Below, one piece after another: positions 56,814 through 64,000 of a DNA stretch of 64,000 bases (the stretch's first letter is position 1; each line of letters begins with the position of its first letter). The DNA is taken from contig JBGAON010000002.1 in assembly GCA_044221725.1 (NCBI GenBank), positions 128,001-192,000 on the forward strand. The letters are read 5' to 3'. The notes beneath the pieces were generated by a model. It was not told the DNA's origin. It searched no databases and was given only the letters and a program-made list of their open reading frames with translations. Source of the DNA: Elusimicrobiota bacterium (GTDB lineage: Bacteria; Elusimicrobiota; Elusimicrobia; F11). Made by a program: the position numbers and the translations under genes.

Positions 56814-59513
56814 ATGCCCAAGTTGTGTCTGTTTGATGCCAGTGGTTACATCCATCGAGCGTTTCACGCCATTCCGCCGCTCAACACGTCGAAAGGTGAG
56901 CCCGTGAACGCTGTGTACGGCTTTTCGCGCATGATCACGAAAGTGCTCAAGGAAGAAAAGCCCGAGTACATGGCGGTTTGCTTCGATACCGCCGCGCCCA
57001 CGTTCCGACACGAACAATTTGTTGATTACAAAGCCACGCGCGCCGAGATCGACTCCGCCCTTTTACCGCAGCTTCCGTTATCCGAACAGCTGGCCGTTGC
57101 GTGGGGCCTGCCGTGCGTAAAGAAAGACGGCTACGAAGCGGATGATGTGATCGCGACATTGGCTCTCCAGGGGCGCGACGCTGGCATGGATGTCCTCATC
57201 CTCAGTGGTGACAAAGATATTTTGCAGCTTGTTGAGAAAAATATTCATGTCCGCGATGAAATCAAGAAAGTCGAATACGATGAAACAAAAGTGTTTGAGC
57301 GTTATGGTTTTCGGCCGGACCAGATTGTCGACTATCTGTGTTTGCTGGGCGACAAAGTGGACAACGTGCCGGGCGTTCCAGGGGTTGGAGAAAAAACGGC
57401 GGCGAAACTGATCGTTGAACACGGTTCTCTCGAGGAAATTTACAAAGCAATCGATTCTAACTCGGCGTCCCTTAAAGAAAAGTTGCTAGCCAACAAAGAG
57501 CGTGTTTTTGGAAATCGGGATTTGATTCGATTAAAGACCGACGTCCCGCTCGAGAAGTCTTTGAGCGAGATGCAAATGATGACGCCCGATTCGCCGACGC
57601 TTTCGACATTGTTAACCCGCCTGGAATTTCGCGGCGGTCTTTACGGTGTTTCCGATGAGGTGGCGGAGCCCACGCTCAAAGAAAACAAAAGAAGAAAAGT
57701 CCATACCGTTTTGACGGAAGACCAGCTAGGTTTGTTGAAGGACAAGTTAGCGAAAGCCGACCGTGTGTCCTACGACTTGGAAACGGATGGTCTGAACAAG
57801 CGACTCTGCGGAATTGTGGGTGTTGCCATCTGTGTGGAAGAAAACGAATCGTGGTACATTCCGGTCGCCCACGCCTACATTGGTGCTCCGCAGCAGCTCC
57901 CGTGGAAAAAGATTTCCGACGTTATTAAGCCCGTTTTAGAAAACCCGAAGGTTCCGAAGTGTGGGCAAAACCTCAAATTTGATAATGCAATTCTTTCTTG
58001 CCAACAAATTAATGTTCAAGGACCAGCGTTCGATACGATGATCGCAGCCTATTGCATTGATCCCGGCCGTCTGAGCTTTGGTTTAAAGGACCTTGCGGCC
58101 GATTTCCTGCAAGAACGAATGACGCGGATCACGGAACTGTTCGGAAAGAAAGCACAGCCAAACTTTGCGGAAGTGCCGATCGAAAGCGCGGCGCCGTACG
58201 CCGCCGCGGACGCCGAAGTGGTGTTCCGCCTCGTCGACCTGTTCAATAAGAAGCTGGACACCGAGCACGCGCGCGCGTTGTTTGAAAATCTCGAAATGCC
58301 GCTCGTCGAAATCATCCAGGATATGGAAATGGCTGGGATTGCGATCAACCGGAAATACTTGGAAGGTATTCGGTCTGATTTTGAAAAGGAGCGGCTCGCG
58401 ATTGAAGCGGAGATTTACAAACTTGCGGGAGAAGAATTCGTATTAAATTCACCGAAGCAGCTGGCGCGGATTTTGTTTGAAAAACTGAAATTGCCGGCCA
58501 TTAAGAAGACGAAAACCGGCTACTCAACAGACGAAGACGTTCTCACGAAATTATCGAAGGACAACCCTATCTGCGAAAAGATTATTGGCGCGCGCGAGCT
58601 TGCCAAATTGATTTCAACCTATGTTGACTCGTTGCTGAACTTGGCCGATCCGAAGACCGGCCGCGTTCACACGTCATTTAATCAGACGGGCACCGTTACC
58701 GGGCGATTAAGCTCCACGGATCCCAATCTCCAAAATATTCCGGTTCGTACCGAACGCGGCCGCTTGATCCGCCGCGCGTTTGTGGCGGAGCCCGGAAATG
58801 TTTTGTTGTCGGCCGATTACAGCCAAGTGGATCTGCGGTCGCTCGCCCACATGTCGGAAGATCCGGTGCTGATTCGCACGTTCCAGGCGGGGGGAGATGT
58901 TCACACGGCCACCGCCGCCGAGATGTTTCATGTGGAGGCAAAAGACGTCACGACCGACATGCGCCGCAGCGCGAAAGCCATTAACTTTGGCATCGTGTAC
59001 GGCCAGCAGGCCTTTGCGCTCTCTCAAAGTCTTGGGATTCCGCTCGAGACCGCCAAAGAATTTATTGCGAAATATTTTGAGCGTTACGCGGGCGTGCGGG
59101 CTTGGATCGACAGGACATTGGCCGAGGCGCGAAAGAATCTTTATGTGACCACTCTCGCCGGTCGCCGTCGGCGCGTGGCCGACATCAATGCGTCAAACGC
59201 TTTCACGCGCGGTTTTGCGGAGCGCGTTGCCATGAATACTCCGATTCAAGGAACGTCGGCGGACATTATTAAGTTTGCGATGATTCGCATCTTCGATGAT
59301 CTCAAGAAAAAGAAGTTGAAGACACGTATGTTGTTGCAGGTTCACGATGAACTTCTGTTTGAATGCCCGAAGAGCGAGTTGTCCGAAGCGGCAGCGCTCA
59401 TCCGTGCGGGAATGGAAAACGCATTTATGCTCAAGGTGCCTCTCGTGGCGGAAATGAAGATTGGCGAGAATTGGAACGACATGGAAAAAATGAAACAAGC
59501 GGTGGCCGCATGA
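56814..59513 (+). CDS. polA: DNA polymerase I
   Basis: YEADDVIATL, SGDKD, DLETDG exonuclease, GRLSSTDPNLQNIP, ADYSQ, AKAINFGIVYG, LQVHDEL. Confidence 0.98.
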   Translation: MPKLCLFDASGYIHRAFHAIPPLNTSKGEPVNAVYGFSRMITKVLKEEKPEYMAVCFDTAAPTFRHEQFVDYKATRAEIDSALLPQLPLSEQLAVAWGLPCVKKDGYEADDVIATLALQGRDAGMDVLILSGDKDILQLVEKNIHVRDEIKKVEYDETKVFERYGFRPDQIVDYLCLLGDKVDNVPGVPGVGEKTAAKLIVEHGSLEEIYKAIDSNSASLKEKLLANKERVFGNRDLIRLKTDVPLEKSLSEMQMMTPDSPTLSTLLTRLEFRGGLYGVSDEVAEPTLKENKRRKVHTVLTEDQLGLLKDKLAKADRVSYDLETDGLNKRLCGIVGVAICVEENESWYIPVAHAYIGAPQQLPWKKISDVIKPVLENPKVPKCGQNLKFDNAILSCQQINVQGPAFDTMIAAYCIDPGRLSFGLKDLAADFLQERMTRITELFGKKAQPNFAEVPIESAAPYAAADAEVVFRLVDLFNKKLDTEHARALFENLEMPLVEIIQDMEMAGIAINRKYLEGIRSDFEKERLAIEAEIYKLAGEEFVLNSPKQLARILFEKLKLPAIKKTKTGYSTDEDVLTKLSKDNPICEKIIGARELAKLISTYVDSLLNLADPKTGRVHTSFNQTGTVTGRLSSTDPNLQNIPVRTERGRLIRRAFVAEPGNVLLSADYSQVDLRSLAHMSEDPVLIRTFQAGGDVHTATAAEMFHVEAKDVTTDMRRSAKAINFGIVYGQQAFALSQSLGIPLETAKEFIAKYFERYAGVRAWIDRTLAEARKNLYVTTLAGRRRRVADINASNAFTRGFAERVAMNTPIQGTSADIIKFAMIRIFDDLKKKKLKTRMLLQVHDELLFECPKSELSEAAALIRAGMENAFMLKVPLVAEMKIGENWNDMEKMKQAVAA

Positions 59514-60319
59514 GTGTTTTCCGCGGAGCGAATCCGTTCGATCAACTCACGCCCGGCGTAAAAGGGCTCGTCATCGCGAATGTGGCGGTATTTCTGCTGC
59601 AGATGGTGTTCCGCGGAATGCTCGAGCCCGTGTTAGGCCTTACGCCGGTGTTGGTTGTTACGAAGTATTGGGTTTGGCAGATTCTTACGTACGCTTTTCT
59701 GCATGGCAACGGATGGCATTTGTTTTTCAATATGTTTGCGTTGTGGATGTTTGCGCCGCATGTCGAAGCGAATTTCGGGACAAAGCCGTTTCTTAAATAT
59801 TATTTTCTGTGCGCGTTCGGCGCCGCGTTTTTTCAATTTTTGCTGGCCCCGACGTCGCTCGTGATCGGCGCTTCGGGTGCGATCTACGGTTTGTTGCTGG
59901 CGTTTGGTTTTATGTTCCCTGATGCTGTGATCTATTTGTTCTTCGTGTTTCCGTTGCGAGCAATTCAAGCGGTGATGTTCATTGCGCTATTGACGCTCGT
60001 TTCGGCCATGAGCACCGGGGGCGAACGCATCGCGAACTTTGCGCACTTGGGCGGAATGGTGACCGGATTTATTTATTTTAAGGCGCCGCAGTGGTTTCGA
60101 AACCTGCGCTTGTGGCAAGCGGATCGCCGCTTTCGCAATCCGTTGGGCCGTCGATCAAAAGCCCGCACGCCGATCACCGAATTTGTTGTTCATGATCCTG
60201 CCGATGACATGATTAAAGAAGTGGACCGGATTCTTGAGAAGATCTCCGCACAAGGCGTGGACAGCTTGACCAAAGAAGAACACGAAACGATGCGCAAATA
60301 TTCGGAACGTAAGAAGTGA
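59510..60319 (+). CDS. Rhomboid family intramembrane serine protease
   Basis: WQ.LTY.FLH, HLFFNM, GASGA, AHLGG, C-terminal VDRILEKIS..G..SLT..E. Confidence 0.93.
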   Translation: MSVFRGANPFDQLTPGVKGLVIANVAVFLLQMVFRGMLEPVLGLTPVLVVTKYWVWQILTYAFLHGNGWHLFFNMFALWMFAPHVEANFGTKPFLKYYFLCAFGAAFFQFLLAPTSLVIGASGAIYGLLLAFGFMFPDAVIYLFFVFPLRAIQAVMFIALLTLVSAMSTGGERIANFAHLGGMVTGFIYFKAPQWFRNLRLWQADRRFRNPLGRRSKARTPITEFVVHDPADDMIKEVDRILEKISAQGVDSLTKEEHETMRKYSERKK

Positions 60320-60951
60320 GTGTCGTTTCGAAAGCCGTTCGACGAAAAGTTTTTGAGAATTGGAAGTTGGTGTTGGGACTCACCGGTGGTATCGGCAGTG
60401 GAAAGTCAACGGTTCTCGCAATGTTTAAGGACAAAGGTGCGTTTACGTTGGACGCCGATCGGATTGTCCATGATTTGCTTGAGAAAAATCGATTGGTGAG
60501 ACACGCCATCAAACAAAGGTTTGGTACCTCTGTTTTTGATGCCGCCGGAGTTTTGAACAAGCGCGAGCTCGCATCGGTGGTGTTTGATTCGAAAGCGAAA
60601 CGCCGGACGTTGGAAGCCATTTTGCATCCGCGGGTGCGCGCAGCGATGTGGAACGCGCTCGTGGAGCGCCGCGGCAATGTTGCGGTTCTCGATATTCCGC
60701 TTTTGTATGAATCGAAGTGGCAAGCCGATCTTGATGGCGTTATCGTTGTAGATGCATCGCTCAAAAAACGAGTGGCTCGACTGGTAAAGAAAGGCTTCTC
60801 CGTATCGGAAGCAGCGAAGCGCATTCGCGCACAAATGAATTTGGATGAAAAGGTCCGTTTGGCCGATTTTGTTATCGACAACAACGGAACGATCATCAAC
60901 ACAAAAACACAAGTGAACACAATTTGGAACTCACTTCACGGAGGCTCGTAA
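60316..60951 (+). CDS. coaE: Dephospho-CoA kinase
   Basis: [39 protein letters not shown]. Confidence 0.95.
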   Translation: MSVVSKAVRRKVFENWKLVLGLTGGIGSGKSTVLAMFKDKGAFTLDADRIVHDLLEKNRLVRHAIKQRFGTSVFDAAGVLNKRELASVVFDSKAKRRTLEAILHPRVRAAMWNALVERRGNVAVLDIPLLYESKWQADLDGVIVVDASLKKRVARLVKKGFSVSEAAKRIRAQMNLDEKVRLADFVIDNNGTIINTKTQVNTIWNSLHGGS

Positions 60952-62351
60952 TGGAATCGCAGCAGGAACAAAAAGATAAGGAATCAACACACGACGCAAA
61001 AAAAGGGGAAACCGCGACGAACGTAACGGCCACCCCCGCCGCTCCCGCGACGCCACCCCAACAAGTAAACACCACGCTTCAAGACGCGAAAAATCATCTT
61101 GATGCGGCCGTGCTCGCGAAGATGCATTTGGGGGAGCTCATTAAGATTGCACACGACGCAAAAGTGGAAAACGTCGCCGGGCTCCGCAAACAGGCTCTGA
61201 TTGCGCGCATTCTCGAAGCGCGCGCTAAAGATACCGGAATTATTCTTGGCGAAGGTGTGCTGGAGATTTTGCCCGACGGTTTCGGTTTCCTCCGGTCGCC
61301 CGAATACAATTATCTTCCCGGCCCGGACGATATTTATGTTTCACCATCGCAGATTAAAAAGTTTGCTTTGCGCAAAGGCGATACCGTCGCCGGGCAAGTG
61401 CGCCCGCCGAAAGATCAGGAACGATTTTTTGCGCTGCTGCAAGTTCGACACGTGAACCAGGAAGCCGTCGAGAAACTTCGTTCGCGTCAATTGTTCGATA
61501 ATTTGACGCCGTTGTACGCGCAGAAACGCATTCGTCTAGAAACGAAGAAAGAAGACCTCAATACGCGCGTGCTCGATCTGATTGCTCCGATCGGTATGGG
61601 TCAACGCGGCGTCATTGTCGCTCCACCGCGAACCGGTAAAACCATTTTTCTTCAGAAAATGGCGAACGCGGTGACCACAAATTTTCCGGACACGGTTCTC
61701 ATTGTGCTGTTGATCGACGAGCGCCCCGAAGAAGTGACAGACATGCAACGCTCCGTGAAAGGGGAAGTCATTTCCTCAACGTTCGATGAGCCCGCCGACC
61801 GTCACGTTCAGGTTGCCGAAATGGTCATCGAGAAAGCAAAACGGCTCGTCGAAATGAAAAAAGATGTGGTGATCTTGCTCGACTCGATCACGCGTCTCGC
61901 GCGTGCTTACAACACGGTCACACCGTCCAGCGGTCGCGTGTTGTCCGGCGGGTTGGACTCCAACGCGCTGCAACGTCCGAAGCGTTTCTTTGGCGCTGCT
62001 CGCAACATTGAGGAAGGCGGAAGTTTGACCATTCTTGCCACCGCGCTTGTTGAAACCGGTTCCCGTATGGACGACGTTATCTTTGAAGAATTCAAAGGTA
62101 CGGGTAACATGGAAGTGTACTTGGACCGGAAGTTGGCGGATCGCCGCATCTTCCCAGCGATCGACATTACGCGCTCGGGAACGCGCAAAGAAGAGTTGCT
62201 GCTCACGCCGGAGGAACTTAACAAGGTTTGGATTCTGCGCAAAGTCCTGTCGTCACTCAATCCGATCGAGGCGATGGAATTGTTGCTTGAGAAACTGAGC
62301 GCCACCAAGTCCAATAAAGACTTCTTGAAGTCGATGGAAGTTTCGGGCTAG
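60951..62351 (+). CDS. rho: Transcription termination factor Rho
   Basis: [57 protein letters not shown]. Confidence 0.98.
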   Translation: MESQQEQKDKESTHDAKKGETATNVTATPAAPATPPQQVNTTLQDAKNHLDAAVLAKMHLGELIKIAHDAKVENVAGLRKQALIARILEARAKDTGIILGEGVLEILPDGFGFLRSPEYNYLPGPDDIYVSPSQIKKFALRKGDTVAGQVRPPKDQERFFALLQVRHVNQEAVEKLRSRQLFDNLTPLYAQKRIRLETKKEDLNTRVLDLIAPIGMGQRGVIVAPPRTGKTIFLQKMANAVTTNFPDTVLIVLLIDERPEEVTDMQRSVKGEVISSTFDEPADRHVQVAEMVIEKAKRLVEMKKDVVILLDSITRLARAYNTVTPSSGRVLSGGLDSNALQRPKRFFGAARNIEEGGSLTILATALVETGSRMDDVIFEEFKGTGNMEVYLDRKLADRRIFPAIDITRSGTRKEELLLTPEELNKVWILRKVLSSLNPIEAMELLLEKLSATKSNKDFLKSMEVSG

Positions 62352-62362
62352 CTGGAGACGTT

Positions 62363-64000
62363 TTATCCGGCGCTGCCGACGGTGCGGAGGTCGGGCGTCG
62401 GCGCGTACGGAGTTGCCGGCGCTGGTGTCTCGGTCGCTGGTAGCGGAGTTTCCAGTATCAGTTCGATTTCCTCCGCTGGGACGAGTTCAACCTCGGGTGG
62501 CAGATTATCAACCAGCCCAGGTGGTTGCGAACCTCGTTTGAATTCGCGCATCGCGCGCAGTGCTTCTTTAACATTCCTGCCGTTGTAGGTATCGACGAAA
62601 AGTCGAAACTTCTTGGGCAATGTTTGCTCCGGATTGTCCGGATCTTTCACGGTCACGTTGTATTCCATGCGAACACCATTTTCGAGAAGCCGCGCTTTCG
62701 TTCGATCAACGACCGCTCTTTCAAGTTTGGCAGTGGGACCGAACACAAAAAATGTAGAGCCGCGCGTGTGATAGAACTCGAAGCTTTCTCGTGGAAGTCC
62801 TTCTTCTGACGCTACTTCATCAATGGCTTCTCGAATCGATCGGCCGAATGTTTTGATCAATTCGGTTCCGGCCGCCTGAAGGCCTGGTGCGTGTTTGTTC
62901 ACGAGTCCAAAATTTATCAAGTCGATGATCGTGCAAGGCTGGTCGTCTTTCTTTTTTAACTTCAAGTAAAGCGCCTTAAATCCCTTGGCTCCTGGCACAA
63001 GTTCGTCTTCCATGGCCATTTTCATGTTGCCGTCCGCGTCCCGAAGGATTTCGTGATATTCCGGAAGAATCAGTTTAACCATGGCCAACCGTAGGCGCTC
63101 CAGTGGTGTGTCGGCCCGAAGATCGTGATCCGCTGAATCGTCTGGCGCGGCGGGCGTTTGGAATTTATGAAAATCGGCGTTTAACTTTCTTAAGCGAGGC
63201 TCGTTCGAGCTGGACATGAATTCCGTCGGCATGCGGTTTTTGCGGATGGCCTTTCGTTGGACGGCGCTTTGGTTTGCTTCAAGATCCGTTTTTCCAATGC
63301 CACCGCTTATAGAAACATAAAACTTCTCTTTGAATTGGCCGTCGGAATGCAGAGCGTGAAATTCATGGACACCGAACGCCGATTCCGTCACCGTTAAGAT
63401 ATTCTCAGAATCGTTTTTGTGGCAAACGATGGCGAACTCGTCGCCGCCAATACGAAAAATGTACGGTTGGATGGGGCGGTTCGGATTTACGTGGCGCGCG
63501 TGTCGAAGCGCCACGCCGATTTTTTTTATTAAGAGGTCGCCTTCGTCCCACCCGCGCTCCGTCTCGTTGTTTACGCGTTTGAAGTTGTTTGCATCGTAGA
63601 TGATAACGCGGGTATCGTTGCCGAACGGTTGTTTGCGCAGGATCGTTTGATAGGCCTGAGCGTTACCGAGCCCGGTGTCGGGATCGGTGGTGGCAAAACG
63701 CAGCCACTCATCGCGTCGGTTCGTGGCAAGCTCCAATCGGAACGTCATATCCGGGTAGAAAACTTGCACCACCCATGCGCGGAACCATTCGGGCAGGATC
63801 GCGCGATTTTCTCCTTTCTGCTCGGGCATGAACAGAAATGAGGAAACATCGAGCAGCGCATGGCCTATGGCGGCTGTGATAATAACAGCGCCCGCGTTGA
63901 CTCCAATATTCGATAGCACAACGGCCAATCCGAACGGAATCGCCGAAATGACGGAAGATGAAAAGAAGAACAACCAGAACAGTCGCGAGCGCATCAGCGA
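62363..64000 (-). CDS. C-terminal part of a membrane protein with one intact and one degenerate GGDEF domain (5'-truncated by the window edge)
   Basis: Frame open to the window end; TDPDTGLGN, D.NNFKRVN, GD.L, RIGGDEF; second copy IIDLINFGLVN...TRGSTF. Confidence 0.85.
   Translation of the reverse strand, partial: SLMRSRLFWLFFFSSSVISAIPFGLAVVLSNIGVNAGAVIITAAIGHALLDVSSFLFMPEQKGENRAILPEWFRAWVVQVFYPDMTFRLELATNRRDEWLRFATTDPDTGLGNAQAYQTILRKQPFGNDTRVIIYDANNFKRVNNETERGWDEGDLLIKKIGVALRHARHVNPNRPIQPYIFRIGGDEFAIVCHKNDSENILTVTESAFGVHEFHALHSDGQFKEKFYVSISGGIGKTDLEANQSAVQRKAIRKNRMPTEFMSSSNEPRLRKLNADFHKFQTPAAPDDSADHDLRADTPLERLRLAMVKLILPEYHEILRDADGNMKMAMEDELVPGAKGFKALYLKLKKKDDQPCTIIDLINFGLVNKHAPGLQAAGTELIKTFGRSIREAIDEVASEEGLPRESFEFYHTRGSTFFVFGPTAKLERAVVDRTKARLLENGVRMEYNVTVKDPDNPEQTLPKKFRLFVDTYNGRNVKEALRAMREFKRGSQPPGLVDNLPPEVELVPAEEIELILETPLPATETPAPATPYAPTPDLRTVGSAG

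Noticed and set aside
4395..59513. C-terminal Ala-Ala on MoxR, the coiled-coil protein, the kinase and PolA as ClpXP degrons
   Set aside because: Plausible, but not distinguishable from chance or overlap constraints without genome-wide statistics

Overview
A 64-kb bacterial chromosomal window with no rRNA, tRNA, CRISPR array or transposase that I could recognise. Gene content and the style of the giant and coiled-coil proteins suggest Elusimicrobiota or a similar lineage (inference only). In order: a RelE/ParE-type toxin-antitoxin pair, recA-xerD, a thiolase, and an ~18-kb tightly coupled MoxR/DUF58/BatA-vWA/DUF4159/GATase-like/DUF4175/peptidase-MA operon carrying three GT-C glycosyltransferases. 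Then a 4213-aa giant membrane protein, a ~1580-aa coiled-coil protein, and a housekeeping run (CpXC, CCA-type nucleotidyltransferase, scpAB, galT, glgA, DUF5693-csaB, ftsX-envC-ctpA, tsaD, a two-component pair, trxA-tlpA, polA, rhomboid, coaE, rho). The window ends in the 3' part of a membrane/tandem-GGDEF gene. The main candidate for a new system is the giant protein. It reads as a polyprotein: an N-terminal TraB/TIKI-like domain, then five membrane modules with CPBP/Rce1-like motifs (E, FxxxH, HxxxN) that alternate with unrelated soluble cargo domains (helical, WD40, HExxH metallopeptidase-like, beta-rich). Its promoter carries four repeats at 11-bp spacing. Several palindromic repeat elements sit in-frame inside proteins, and a diverged 280-bp tandem duplication creates a chimeric ORF. 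All domain calls are from motifs read by eye; no searches were run.
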